DNA of 64,000 nucleotides, taken from positions 1 through 64,000 of IMG/VR virus record IMGVR_UViG_3300014019_000011; one strand, 5' to 3'. The notes under the pieces were generated by a model that worked only from the letters and a program-made list of their open reading frames with translations, had not been told where the DNA came from and did not search any database. Positions 19,245 through 29,343 of this stretch are shown piece by piece (the stretch's first letter is position 1; each line of letters begins with the position of its first letter). This stretch comes from a virus. Lineage: Duplodnaviria > Caudoviricetes. The position numbers were made by a program, and so were the translations under genes.

Positions 19245-21245
19245 TTAGGACTTGCGGACCTTGTAGATGCCCTTGTCGCCGATAACGCCGAAGCCGAAGT
19301 CGTGGACGACCCGAAGCTCGGCTCCGAGCGTGGACCAGCCCTCCTTCGTGGAGACCTGCGGGCCGCTGTTGCCGGACAGGTAACCGTAGGTGATGACCGG
19401 AGCGTCGGCCTTGTCCGTCGCGGCGTACCAGGCGTTGTGGGTGTCGAGGTTGGCCTCGACGACAACGCGGAACTTGCCCGAGAACGGGTTCACGTCACCG
19501 AGGGCGGTCGCAAGAAGCGAGGTCGCCAGCTTTTCGACATCCGTCTCGAGGGTCGGATCGACGAACAGCGTCTTCAGGGTGAAGTTGAGCGGAATGCCCT
19601 CGGACTTGTGGGCGCGGAGCGCGGCACGGATGAGCGAGAGAACCGCGACATCCGGAGACGCAACGGCGGAGGCATGCAGGTTGCCGTGGTCGGCGTGGAA
19701 CACCGCCTTGTTGTCGTACTGCATCTTCGGGTTGGCGAGGATGTAGTCCCAGACGGCCTTGTTCTCCTGCGCGGCGACACGACGGCCCAGCTTGCCGAAG
19801 TGCTGCTGCAGCCAGCCGATGCTGTCGTTGATGAACAGTTCGCGGGTGAACGGGATGATGACCGCCTTCGTGTTGATGCGGCTCTTCTCGAGGCGACCGT
19901 CTCCGATCGTCGCGCGCTTGATCTCGCCACCTTCACCGAGTTCCTGAAGCGGCGGGAACTCCGTACCGCGCAGGTGCTCGTGATCGCGGAAGTCGACATA
20001 GTCGGACTGGCTCGCGATCTCCTTGTAGGTCGTCGGAGCAGCCGCATAGTCGGCATCCATGACGCGGTGCATAGCGTTCCCGAGGGCGACAGGCAGGTCG
20101 GACGTGCTCATGAAAGCGCGTTCGGCGAGCTTGATCTTGTTGAAGATCGGGCGTTCACCACGGGCGACGAGGATTTCCTGGAAGCCCTCCATCATGCCGC
20201 GACCCATGAACTCGAGAGCCTTGCCCTCGGGTTTCACGCGATCCGAGACCTTGGCCGCGAGCGCGTCGACGTAGGCGCGGACAAGCACCTCGGGGTCATC
20301 GTAGGAATGGCCTACGATGGCGGTGGTCTGCGTGTTCGTCGGCGTTGCGGCGGCGCGTGCGGCCAGCGCTTCGAGGATGGCGGAGCCAGCCTCCTGGACC
20401 GAACGGCCCTGAAGGACGAGAGCCTCGGTAAAGGTCGCGTCCATGGCGTGGCGGGTGCAGAGGTTGCGGATTTCGCTGGAACGCTGGCGTTCAGCCTCGA
20501 TCGCGGCCTGAATGGCAGCGGTCGGATCGACCGGCGCGACAGGCGCAGGCGTGGGGGTGACGGCGGCCCTGGTCTCGATCGGAGCCGGAACAACGGCTTC
20601 GGGAGTGGTCGTCGCAGCAGGTGCCGGATTGGCAGCAGTGGTCATGGATGGTTCTCCTGTTGTGTTTCTGGTGAGGGTGAGTTCGCAAGGGTAAGCGTCG
20701 GCATCCCCCTCCGAGCGGACTGTCGCGCCCGCATCCCGTGGGATCGGGGTGAACGAGATTTCCCAAGGCTCCCAGTCGATGGCGCGGAAGGTCGGGGTTT
20801 TGTCCGCCGCGCTGGCGGCGGTGATCTGGGTCATCTTGTGGACGCGATATCCGACGGAGACGGTCCTGATGATGCCCTGACGGAGCTTGTTGACGATGGC
20901 ATCGGCCTCGGGCGTGCCGGTCTCCATCTTGAAGCGGACATAGGCCTTACCGCCCTCGATCCAGTCCTTGACGGCGATGCCGACGGTGTTGCGGACCGTG
21001 GGAACATGGTCGAGCAGGATCGGCACGATGCCCGCGTCCAGGCGATCACGCCGGATATGGCCTGGGTCGATGGAGAGTTCCTCGTTGTACGGCCCGATTT
21101 CCCAGTCGACACGGCGGGTCGCCGCACCGGTGGAATAGACGCATTCGAAGAAGACCTCCGCACCGTCAGCGCCGCCGTCGTCCACTCTGTGGATCAGGGC
21201 TTCGCGGAAGAAGGCGCCGAAATGCTGGATCGTGGGTTTCGTCAT
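19245..21245 (-). CDS. Prohead protease-major capsid fusion protein
   Basis: N-terminal protease (PILLDH, VSVGY, WEPWEISF), Ala/Pro/Thr linker, C-terminal capsid (STSDLP, DFR...L). Confidence 0.9.
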   Translation of the reverse strand: MTKPTIQHFGAFFREALIHRVDDGGADGAEVFFECVYSTGAATRRVDWEIGPYNEELSIDPGHIRRDRLDAGIVPILLDHVPTVRNTVGIAVKDWIEGGKAYVRFKMETGTPEADAIVNKLRQGIIRTVSVGYRVHKMTQITAASAADKTPTFRAIDWEPWEISFTPIPRDAGATVRSEGDADAYPCELTLTRNTTGEPSMTTAANPAPAATTTPEAVVPAPIETRAAVTPTPAPVAPVDPTAAIQAAIEAERQRSSEIRNLCTRHAMDATFTEALVLQGRSVQEAGSAILEALAARAAATPTNTQTTAIVGHSYDDPEVLVRAYVDALAAKVSDRVKPEGKALEFMGRGMMEGFQEILVARGERPIFNKIKLAERAFMSTSDLPVALGNAMHRVMDADYAAAPTTYKEIASQSDYVDFRDHEHLRGTEFPPLQELGEGGEIKRATIGDGRLEKSRINTKAVIIPFTRELFINDSIGWLQQHFGKLGRRVAAQENKAVWDYILANPKMQYDNKAVFHADHGNLHASAVASPDVAVLSLIRAALRAHKSEGIPLNFTLKTLFVDPTLETDVEKLATSLLATALGDVNPFSGKFRVVVEANLDTHNAWYAATDKADAPVITYGYLSGNSGPQVSTKEGWSTLGAELRVVHDFGFGVIGDKGIYKVRKS

Positions 21246-22819
21246 GCTGCTTCTTTCTTCTCGTCGTCTTCGTCGCCGTCGGCATCGTCCTCGTCAGCCT
21301 TGGGCTTCTCCGTCGTGTCCGACGGAGGTTTGCCGAGCTGGGCCATCGCCTTCTTGAAGGGGTGTTCGATCCCGAGGACGTTCTCGAAGAGGTCGAAGTC
21401 GGCGAGCAGGTTCTCCGCATGCCGCTGCGGGTTTTTGCCGCGACGGTTCAGCAGTTCGCTCCAGGTGGCGAGACCGTTGCCGAGTTCGAGGATTTCGGCA
21501 TCGCCGTCCTTCTTCGGGTCGACGAAATCCGACGGTGCGGGCGTGCAGACGGCGAGGAACTTGTCGGTCGGCCAGAGCGTGGCGAGCCGTCCAGCTTCGA
21601 CGAACCATTCGCAGACAGGCTGCTGGCCCATCTGTTCGTAGGTCCACTGCTTCTTTGTCTTCGACCGGTTGAATTCGAGGTTTCCGGCACGGAGGGACGA
21701 ATAGTTCGCACCGGTCAGGTCGGAATAGACCTGGTGATAGGTGAGACCCGATCCGATGGAGATCATGCGGATGAAGGTCTGCAACAGCGCCCCATGCCCC
21801 GTCGAACTGCCTGGATCGAAAGCCTTCGCATCCTCGCCGGGCTTCAGCCGACGGATAAGACCGGGTTCGATCTCCTCAAGGCCGTCGTCGGCATGGCCTG
21901 CCGTGCTGCCGGGCGGAGCCTGATAGCCTGCGGTCTGGTGGATCAGCACCGTGAAGCAGGCTTCGACCTTCGCCTTCATCTTGAGGGCGGACAGGTAATC
22001 GCCAAGGTCACGGAGATGTTCGAGGACCGCATGCAGCACGGTCACGCCCCGGATGTTGTTGCGGGTTTTCGTGAAGACGTGCGCGATCTGGTCAGCAGGA
22101 ATACGCTGACTCTGCATGTTGTAGCGCGTCAGCCGTGGGCTTTCGCCCGGGTGTTCAGGGAACATCCAGTAGGCAACACGCACATCCGGGAACCGCTTGT
22201 CGAACTCGATGCCCATGACGATGGGATTGCCGTTGTCGGCGTTCGTGCCGTTTTTCGCGGTGTCGAGGAACTCGGGTTCCAGCACCTTGATCTGGAGCGG
22301 AACCTTGAGCTTGCCGGACACGCGGAGCGGATGGTCGGCAGGCACGATCATTCGACGGATGAAGACCTCGCCCTTCTCTTTCCAAATCCACGTCGCGTTT
22401 GCCTGAATGCCGTACCCGTTGTTCATCCCTTCGGCATCGCACAGCGTCGACTCGAACCATTCCTCGAACAGCTTGTTCTGACGTTTGACCACGGTCTTCG
22501 ACACGCCGTCCGTCGGCATGAACTCGACCTTCATGCCGTCGCCGATGATATGCATCGTCCAGAGGTCGATGATGCGCAAGGCCAGCGGGTTGTCGCGGAC
22601 TTCCTGCGTGGCGGCGGCGCGAAGGCGGACCATGCGGCTTGCCAGCATGGCGTTCTCGCCGATATTGGTCGGGTTCCAGTCGTCGCGGGACCTATGCGGC
22701 GTGGCGGCGGAATACCGATGCTGCACCTGGTTCATCGCGTCGATGCCGATGCGCGCCTGGATACGGCGCATTCCCGCCGTCGGCGAGACAAAGGTGACGA
22801 GCCTGTCGATGAGGTTCAT
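21242..22819 (-). CDS. Portal protein, lambda family
   Basis: RYSAA N-terminal motif, ANYSSLRAG, DFVDPKKD motifs. Confidence 0.92.
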   Translation of the reverse strand: MNLIDRLVTFVSPTAGMRRIQARIGIDAMNQVQHRYSAATPHRSRDDWNPTNIGENAMLASRMVRLRAAATQEVRDNPLALRIIDLWTMHIIGDGMKVEFMPTDGVSKTVVKRQNKLFEEWFESTLCDAEGMNNGYGIQANATWIWKEKGEVFIRRMIVPADHPLRVSGKLKVPLQIKVLEPEFLDTAKNGTNADNGNPIVMGIEFDKRFPDVRVAYWMFPEHPGESPRLTRYNMQSQRIPADQIAHVFTKTRNNIRGVTVLHAVLEHLRDLGDYLSALKMKAKVEACFTVLIHQTAGYQAPPGSTAGHADDGLEEIEPGLIRRLKPGEDAKAFDPGSSTGHGALLQTFIRMISIGSGLTYHQVYSDLTGANYSSLRAGNLEFNRSKTKKQWTYEQMGQQPVCEWFVEAGRLATLWPTDKFLAVCTPAPSDFVDPKKDGDAEILELGNGLATWSELLNRRGKNPQRHAENLLADFDLFENVLGIEHPFKKAMAQLGKPPSDTTEKPKADEDDADGDEDDEKKEAA

Positions 22820-23040
22820 CGGCTGCCTCCTCTGCTGAAACTCGTTTTGACGTTCGGGTTCGGCGCGCGCCCCGAAAGCATGGAGTTCAACCAGTCACGG
22901 CGCAGGATCAGCCCCTGAAACTCATCGAAAGTCGCCTGACGACCGCCTTCGCCGTTCTGCTTCAGACCGGAGGCGATCACCTTGTCGAGAGAGGCAACAT
23001 ATGCCGTGATCTGTGCGCGTTCCGCTTCGGTCATGGGCAT
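22816..23040 (-). CDS. Head-to-tail adapter (gpW-like)
   Basis: 74 aa between terminase and portal. Confidence 0.75.
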   Translation of the reverse strand: MPMTEAERAQITAYVASLDKVIASGLKQNGEGGRQATFDEFQGLILRRDWLNSMLSGRAPNPNVKTSFSRGGSR

Positions 23041-23043
23041 TTC

Positions 23044-25149
23044 CTATCGACGACCATGAAGCCAGCTCTCCCGACGGCGCGGGGCGGACTGGCCGGTCGT
23101 TCTCTGGACTGTTTCGGTTTCGGGTTCCGGATCGGGATCGCGACGGATGTCGGCGACCTGTTCCTCGCGCGGTTGTAGGAAGATCGGCTGTTCGGGTTCG
23201 ACCGGTTCGACGAATTCGGGATGGCCGAACTGCGCCTCAAGGGCGGCCCATTCGGCTTCGGTCCACTTCTCGGCACCGCGGGCGATTGCCATGGCCTTGT
23301 TGTAGGTCCAGCAGTCGAGGAACTCGTTGTCCCCCGTCTTCACCCATTCGGCGTTCTCTTCGTGCCAGAACTCGGCGACCAGCTCCTTGACGGTGCCTTC
23401 GTCGAGCCACATCGGAATATGCACGTATCCGAGGGGATACGGCAGACCGTCGGCAGGCTTGTCCAGAGCGAGGAGACCGTAAAGCTCCTGCTTCAGCATA
23501 TGGCCGCCGATCATGAAGACGCGGATTTCCGAGGTCTTCGCCTTGGAACCCTGACCGTTCTTCAGCTCCATGGTCGTGGATGCCGAGATGGCGGGAGCGG
23601 CGAAGTTCTGCGATCCGCGGATCGGCACGAACCTGTCCAGCCCCATCTTGCGGCACCAGTTGTAGGCATGCCGGGTGGCATAGCCCACGTCGCAGGCGAC
23701 CTTTTCGAGCGACATCATGCTCTCGCCGTTCTCGTGCGGCCATTTGCGGCGCACGAACTCGGTGAGCTCGTCCCAGACCTTCGGCTCGAAGGGCGATCCC
23801 ATGAACTCCTGGTGCTCGACGAGCCATGTTGAGCCACCGCGACCGTGTGCGATGACGAAGCACTCCAGACGACCGCCGTTGGCACCCTGCACGTCGACGG
23901 CTGCGGTAAGGAAACAGCCGCCGTATGGGACCGTTCCGCGTTTCCAGTCGTCGCGCCGTTCCGACAGGCGTTTCCAGTCGGGCTGTGCGCCCGCGACCTT
24001 CCAGGTCTCGCCGAGCGTGGTGTTGACGAAGGTCTTGAACTTCGACGGGGTCTTGTAGGACTCCAGGAACTTCTCGACCAGGTTCGGCCACTTGGCGTTC
24101 GGCTGGAGCGAATACAAGGCGTTGATGTGGAACCCGGCATGACCGGTCCGCTCGTAAACCTCGGGAAACTCGGCCTTCCAATAGCCGTTCTCCAGCATCC
24201 AGAGCTTCTTGGTCTCCGGAATGCGGCAACCGTCGACGCACTGGTACCAGAACTCGGTCGGCTCCTTGAACGGTGCCCACCGTAGGCCGGGTTCGTCATT
24301 CTTGCCCTTGCCCCAAACGAGGCGCTGATGCTTCCCGCAGGTCGGGCACGGAACCCAGTAATGCCGCTGGTCGGATGCTGCGAACCGCTTGGCGATCTTC
24401 GAGATCGCTTCCTCGGTCGGGGTCGATCCGGCGATATCCTTCGGGTCGTAGGCCTGCGCCAGACGCTCGGCGATCAGGTTCATCTGGTCGCCTTCGACAC
24501 CCGCCGTAACAGGCCAGCCGTCGATTTCGTCCGAGATGACAACGTCGGCATCGTGGTCACGGAACCCGCCAGGCGAGTTCGCGCCGATGCCCTTGAGGGA
24601 GCCGCCCGGGAAGTACTTCTCGGTGACGGTGTCCTGCGCCGTGCTGTTCGAGAAGAGACCGAGTTCCTTCATGATCGGCCACTTGAAGGCGGCCGCCACA
24701 TGCTCCTTCATGAACTTCTTGGTATCGTCGATGGTCGGACGAGCCATCAGCAGGTTGCCGGGATCGTGCGCCCGACGGTAGCCAAGGAAAGCCAGCAGAA
24801 TCTGCGTGTAGCCGACGCGGGTCGGCTTCATGAACGAGGCCTTGCGGGTCCTCGGATCGCCCAGTGTGTCGAGGATTTCGACCTGGAACGGCCACGGCCT
24901 GTATCGGCTGCCGTTCTTCAGGTAGGCATGCTCGGCGGCCCACTGCGAAACCCGAAGGCGTTCGGGCGGCTTGATCACCGAGAACGCGCGACGAAGGTCG
25001 GCGGCGATCTTCGGGCATTCGACGAACAGGGTGTCGAGGCTACTCGTCGCCTTCTTCGTCGATTTCGATGTCGTTCGGGTCGACTTCCTTGCCGATGCTT
25101 TCGACCGGCGTGGACGCGAGTTCGTCGAGAGCGTCGTGGATGAGGACAT
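23044..25149 (-). CDS. Terminase large subunit, lambda gpA family
   Basis: KPTRVGYT Walker A variant, ISDEID Walker B, CPTC..C zinc motif, NEFLDC; ATG 25149 has a GGGAG RBS. Confidence 0.93.
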   Translation of the reverse strand: MSSSTTLSTNSRPRRSKASARKSTRTTSKSTKKATSSLDTLFVECPKIAADLRRAFSVIKPPERLRVSQWAAEHAYLKNGSRYRPWPFQVEILDTLGDPRTRKASFMKPTRVGYTQILLAFLGYRRAHDPGNLLMARPTIDDTKKFMKEHVAAAFKWPIMKELGLFSNSTAQDTVTEKYFPGGSLKGIGANSPGGFRDHDADVVISDEIDGWPVTAGVEGDQMNLIAERLAQAYDPKDIAGSTPTEEAISKIAKRFAASDQRHYWVPCPTCGKHQRLVWGKGKNDEPGLRWAPFKEPTEFWYQCVDGCRIPETKKLWMLENGYWKAEFPEVYERTGHAGFHINALYSLQPNAKWPNLVEKFLESYKTPSKFKTFVNTTLGETWKVAGAQPDWKRLSERRDDWKRGTVPYGGCFLTAAVDVQGANGGRLECFVIAHGRGGSTWLVEHQEFMGSPFEPKVWDELTEFVRRKWPHENGESMMSLEKVACDVGYATRHAYNWCRKMGLDRFVPIRGSQNFAAPAISASTTMELKNGQGSKAKTSEIRVFMIGGHMLKQELYGLLALDKPADGLPYPLGYVHIPMWLDEGTVKELVAEFWHEENAEWVKTGDNEFLDCWTYNKAMAIARGAEKWTEAEWAALEAQFGHPEFVEPVEPEQPIFLQPREEQVADIRRDPDPEPETETVQRTTGQSAPRRRESWLHGRR

Positions 25150-25618
25150 CGATATGCTCCCGGATCGCGATCTCGTCATCCATCACCGACAGCGTGCCTG
25201 CCTGAGCCTTCGGTATCCTCATCAGCACGGTCTTGACGCGGGAGAATGCCTTGGAGACGGCGATGCGGAGATCGTTGCGCTCTACGAGTTCGCCCAGCAC
25301 CTTGCGGCGCTTGATCTTCGCGAGGGCGATCTGCTCCCGACGGAGCCGCGCAAGCTGGATATCGGGATCGTCGCTCTCGTCGACCTCTTCGGTTTCCTTG
25401 GAGCGCCCCGCTGCCTGGTCACGGAGATGACGGATGTAGGCGACGCGGCAGGTGTCGAGGTCGTCGGAGGTCAAAGCCCTGCTGTCGACGTTCGGCGGAA
25501 AGACACCCTTGCCGAACAGCTCGCGAATGCTCCGTTCGGAGAGGTCGAGGTGCCGTCCGAGAGCGGACTGCGTGAGTTTCTTGGGTTTCGGAGCGTTTGG
25601 AGCCGATTTCGGTGCCAT
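25040..25618 (-). CDS. Terminase small subunit (Nu1-like)
   Basis: N-terminal wHTH (LTQSALGRHLDLSERSIREL), coiled coil, upstream of terL. Confidence 0.85.
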   Translation of the reverse strand: MAPKSAPNAPKPKKLTQSALGRHLDLSERSIRELFGKGVFPPNVDSRALTSDDLDTCRVAYIRHLRDQAAGRSKETEEVDESDDPDIQLARLRREQIALAKIKRRKVLGELVERNDLRIAVSKAFSRVKTVLMRIPKAQAGTLSVMDDEIAIREHIDVLIHDALDELASTPVESIGKEVDPNDIEIDEEGDE

Positions 25619-26088
25619 TTGACGCTCCAGACGCGATTCTCGGGGGGTGTTTCCGAACTCTCAGAGGTCGAAAACCGCCCACTAGGGCCGGGTTTCAGGC
25701 CGCCGGAACGCTCAGAAAGGCCGTCATCGTCGTCGCGACGCGGCGGCGGAGCCCCCTATGCGAAAAAATTCTGAATCAGTGGAAGCCCGCGCCAAAGCCC
25801 ACCGTGGGGCGATTTGCCGTCGGGAAGGACCCATTGTGTTGACAAGTGTTTGATATGCTCTGTTTGTCAGCAGATTTGAGTTTCGGAAGCTCTGAGAAGA
25901 GCTTCGAAAACGGGGCTAGGATGGCCGTCAGATGGGGTCTAGCGCTTTCTGTGACCCTGGATAGCTGGCCGACGAACATGGGAAACGCGGGGAACGACAA
26001 ACCACGACGTCGGCCCTGACCGTGAGGTCAGAAACACGAAACCCGGCGCTCTGGTGAGGCCGGGTCGCAACTTTTGCTGTTATCAAAA

Positions 26089-26117
26089 ACTATCCATTCC
26101 TGGCTCCCGATTGTCAA
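26089..26117 (-). promoter_or_regulatory. Candidate late promoter upstream of terS
   Basis: TTGACA (26117-26112), 17-nt spacer, GATAGT (26094-26089). Confidence 0.45.
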
Positions 26118-26181
26118 ATCGACCGTTTTCGCCGGCGGAAACGCATGCATGCAACACGCCGGTCCGGGTCTCCCGGGCATG

Positions 26182-26206
26182 AAAAAGCCCCCGACATCGG
26201 GGGCTT
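26182..26206 (-). terminator. Intrinsic terminator
   Basis: AAAAAGCCCCCG-acat-CGGGGGCTT. Confidence 0.75.
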
Positions 26207-26233
26207 CGTTCGACTGGCTTGCAGAAGGCGCCG

Positions 26234-26674
26234 TTATTCGCCGGCGGAAAGCCGCGCTTCCAGACCTCGGATCGACCGCTCGACGACGGGGACGACAGGG
26301 TCCGAAGTCGGGCCTCGGCCCTCGGCGACCAGCTCGGCCCGCCGGCGGGCCACGTATGCCTTGAGATATGCGACTTCCTTGCGCAGCTCTTCAGGCGTTT
26401 CGTTGAAGCCTGCTTTGCGCTCTGCCTCGACCTTTGCGGCCTGCTCCATGACATGGTCAGGAATGTCCACAGTGCGGTCCTGGCAGGCATAGAAGATGTG
26501 CTTGCCATCGGCATACTCGCCGAATGCGATGTGTGCTTCACGGCGCGCCTGGAAGCATGCTTCCAGGGTGCGATGCTCGGACTGCACCGCCGTCTGCGTG
26601 CATGCAGGCGACGTGTGATCCATCGTCGGGCAGAAAAGCATGAAGAAGGTGAATGCGGGAATAGTGACTGACAT
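26234..26674 (-). CDS. Hypothetical protein, hydrophobic N-terminus, four Cys
   Basis: ATG 26674 after GGAGA RBS; bracketed by terminators. Confidence 0.65.
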   Translation of the reverse strand: MSVTIPAFTFFMLFCPTMDHTSPACTQTAVQSEHRTLEACFQARREAHIAFGEYADGKHIFYACQDRTVDIPDHVMEQAAKVEAERKAGFNETPEELRKEVAYLKAYVARRRAELVAEGRGPTSDPVVPVVERSIRGLEARLSAGE

Positions 26675-26868
26675 GAGCTGTTCTCCTGTTGTTGCGCCGG
26701 GTTTCAGTCGGCTGTCGGGACGTTTCCCTGACACTTCTATTGTGCTCTGTCTCAACGGTTGAGACAACGGCCGACAAGAGGAAAAACGCGCATACTCAGA
26801 TAGTTGTAGTGATTTCATAATGCTTTAGTGCATCTGTAAACAAACTTTTCGACATGCATGCAAACAGC

Positions 26869-26892
26869 AAAAAGCCCCCGATCTGGGGGCTT
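26869..26892 (-). terminator. Intrinsic terminator
   Basis: AAAAAGCCCCC-gatct-GGGGGCTT. Confidence 0.75.
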
Positions 26893-26915
26893 CTCGTTTG
26901 CGCCGGTGGGAGCGG

Positions 26916-27200
26916 TCAGGCCACTTTCCGTGGCTTTAGCTCGTATCCGGCACGGCCGGCGATATCCGTGAGCTTGTCAAAAACCGCCTTCTCGAGCGGC
27001 CGCAAGATCGCTTGCGACACCTGGCGGGATTTCGTCGACGGCTTCCGATAGGTCAAAATCGTTGTCGGAGAGACCCCAGCTATCGCCGCAGCCGCGTTGT
27101 AGTCGAGGTTGCCGATCTCCAGGAGCAGCACGAGCTGCTCCTGGGAGGTCATCGGCCGACCGTCCGGGTGACGGTAGAAGGTTGACCGGTCGACTGTCAT
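26916..27200 (-). CDS. HTH (XRE-like) DNA-binding protein
   Basis: DYNAAAAIAGVSPTTILTYR helix-turn-helix pattern. Confidence 0.6.
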   Translation of the reverse strand: MTVDRSTFYRHPDGRPMTSQEQLVLLLEIGNLDYNAAAAIAGVSPTTILTYRKPSTKSRQVSQAILRPLEKAVFDKLTDIAGRAGYELKPRKVA

Positions 27201-27559
27201 GCGGCCTCCTCGGCGGCGAGGCGCTGCCTGTCTTCTTCCTCGTCGTCGAACCAGTTCTCGTAATGCTCGAGCTTCCGGTTCAGCTTCTCGGAGACAACCG
27301 AAGACACGGTGTCCAGCTCGACACCGAGCAGGTCAGCGGCTCGGCCGATGAGAGCCAAAGCTCTCGGCGACCAGGACGACATGACTACCGTTTCAGCCTG
27401 GCCGCGGGCGCTTACTAAGAGGTCGAGAGCCGTCGGCGCGTAGGCGAAGTCAACCCATTCGAACCCTCGGCCGCGGTCGACGTCAAGGTAGAAGTTGACC
27501 GCATTTGTGACCGAGGAGGCACGAGACACTTCGACGTTTATACGTTGCTGAATCGTCAT
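27197..27559 (-). CDS. Hypothetical protein
   Basis: ATG 27559 with AAGGA RBS, overlaps both neighbours by 4 nt. Confidence 0.65.
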   Translation of the reverse strand: MTIQQRINVEVSRASSVTNAVNFYLDVDRGRGFEWVDFAYAPTALDLLVSARGQAETVVMSSWSPRALALIGRAADLLGVELDTVSSVVSEKLNRKLEHYENWFDDEEEDRQRLAAEEAA

Positions 27560-28467
27560 GCCACGTTCCTTTCCGCTTTCAGCACGGCAAGCGCGGCGCC
27601 GAGCTTGTCGTAGACAACCTCGGCGATATCGCCCAGCACGCCGCACTTCGCGTCGGTGCTGACCTCTTCGTACCGCCGCCAGTCGCCGAGCCCATCGGCG
27701 ACAGCGTCTCGATAGCCGCTGTTCGCGTCGAGGTGGCGGCCCTCGCGGACCAGGTCCAGGTCGGGGTCGAGCCATTCTAACGTGCTGTGCACGACCGTGC
27801 CGTCGACAGCGATGTCGAAGGCGATGTGCCTGCCGTCCTCGTCGTCAACTAACTTGGCGTTGACGATGGAGATGCGCTCGGTGAGCGGGGTGAACGACCG
27901 GCGGAACTCGTACTCATCGCCGTCGTCAACGAAATCCCAATCGCTCCGCAGAAGCGCTTCGGTGACCTCGAGAGCCAAGTCATCGACATCGCCGCCGAGG
28001 ACAGCCAGGCGATGACGCTGCTCCCGGAGTTCACCGAGGAGAAGCTGGAGCTTATCAGCCGTCGTATCCGCGGCCTTCGCCGCTTCACTGAGCATGTAGA
28101 AAGCGCTGTCGCGCATCGCCGACGCGTTCGTGCTGAGAACGTTGCCGAGGTGCGTCTCTTCGCCGGTGTCGTCGTTCACTTCGTACACACCGAGAACGCG
28201 GGTAGCGCCGTCATCGCGGACATAGCTCGGGCTGAAGCTCGGATTGAAGCCGACATACTTCACATCGTACGTGTCGTTGTCGTCGAGGAAGTCGTGAATA
28301 GCCCTAGCGACGACAGCCGAGAGGTTTTCGCTCCAGTCGGCGTATTCCTGCCCTTTAGCGAACGAGCGGTGAAGTTCTGCCGTCGTGAACGGCTTGCCTT
28401 CGGTCGTCAGCTTCAGCGAGAAGCTCGGGTTTTCGACGTGAACGGTACTATCTTTAAGCTGAAACAT
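27556..28467 (-). CDS. Hypothetical acidic protein (~303 aa)
   Basis: ATG 28467 after AAGGA; phage-like codon use. Confidence 0.7.
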   Translation of the reverse strand: MFQLKDSTVHVENPSFSLKLTTEGKPFTTAELHRSFAKGQEYADWSENLSAVVARAIHDFLDDNDTYDVKYVGFNPSFSPSYVRDDGATRVLGVYEVNDDTGEETHLGNVLSTNASAMRDSAFYMLSEAAKAADTTADKLQLLLGELREQRHRLAVLGGDVDDLALEVTEALLRSDWDFVDDGDEYEFRRSFTPLTERISIVNAKLVDDEDGRHIAFDIAVDGTVVHSTLEWLDPDLDLVREGRHLDANSGYRDAVADGLGDWRRYEEVSTDAKCGVLGDIAEVVYDKLGAALAVLKAERNVA

Positions 28468-28584
28468 TTTTGATCCTTTCATCTGTTTCTGCTGCTCTTC
28501 GCCGGGTTTCGACGGCGGGGTAGTTCGAGCGTTGGCTACCGCGACCGGGTTTCCCCGGTTTCGGCCCTTGCCAAGGGGCCATCT

Positions 28585-29343
28585 TCAGGCGGCTCTCAGA
28601 GCGTTCCGGACGGCGCTCACCGACCGCTTAACGAAGCTCTGCGACACGCCTCCTTTCTCGCTCCAGACCCAGCCGCCGCGGTTGATCGCCGGGTTCGCGA
28701 ACGCTGCGGCGATGGCGGCTTTCGCTGTCAGCTTGTTGCCCGCGAGGATTTCGTAGTCTCGGGCGGCGTGGAGAACGTCGATAAACGCGAGCTGTATGTC
28801 GGCGACGGCATCGAGAGCTGTGCAACGGAGCAGGTTGTGCAGTTCGTCGAGCGAGCCGAAGTACCAGGCGAGAGCCTGTCGCGGCGACTTGGCGTACGAG
28901 GTCGGCGTCTTCTTGAGCGATATCGGGCTGTCCGGGTTCACGAAGTGCTCGCTTGCTCGAACGACCTGTTTTCCGGCGCGCATCCAACCGCCGCGGTTGA
29001 CTATCGGACTGTCGAACGAGAAGTCGATAATCGGTTCCGGGTTGAACCGGCGGCCGCATTCGAGTTCGTAGTTCATCGCCGTCAGGCGCATGAGCAGCAT
29101 CGATGTCTGGATGCTGCGGAGCGCATTCTCGTCGGTGCGAGCCAGGGCTACGACGAGAGCGTCATGCCCCTCTTCAAAAACGCTGAGCATGTGCTCGGCG
29201 ACTGCCGACAACTGCGCCTTCGCCTTCGGCGGGAACTTCACGACGACGAGGTTCGACTGGTCGACGACCGGACGCTCGTACTTAGCCAGCGAGACGGGCT
29301 TCGACAGGGAGATCGGGGTGTTTTGGTTTACGTACTGAGCCAT
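28585..29343 (-). CDS. Hypothetical protein with internal duplication
   Basis: ATG 29343; two YE...G...F..P..NRGGW units. Confidence 0.7.
   Translation of the reverse strand: MAQYVNQNTPISLSKPVSLAKYERPVVDQSNLVVVKFPPKAKAQLSAVAEHMLSVFEEGHDALVVALARTDENALRSIQTSMLLMRLTAMNYELECGRRFNPEPIIDFSFDSPIVNRGGWMRAGKQVVRASEHFVNPDSPISLKKTPTSYAKSPRQALAWYFGSLDELHNLLRCTALDAVADIQLAFIDVLHAARDYEILAGNKLTAKAAIAAAFANPAINRGGWVWSEKGGVSQSFVKRSVSAVRNALRAA

Noticed and set aside
25040-25179. Possible terS-terL frameshift fusion, or a 25179 start for terL
   Set aside because: An ATG at 25149 has a well-spaced GGGAG RBS; overlap of terminase genes is normal in lambda-like phages
25620-26080. Specific cos site upstream of terS
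   Set aside because: Position and several inverted repeats (e.g. 25881-25909, 26041-26065) fit, but no nick site can be identified from sequence alone
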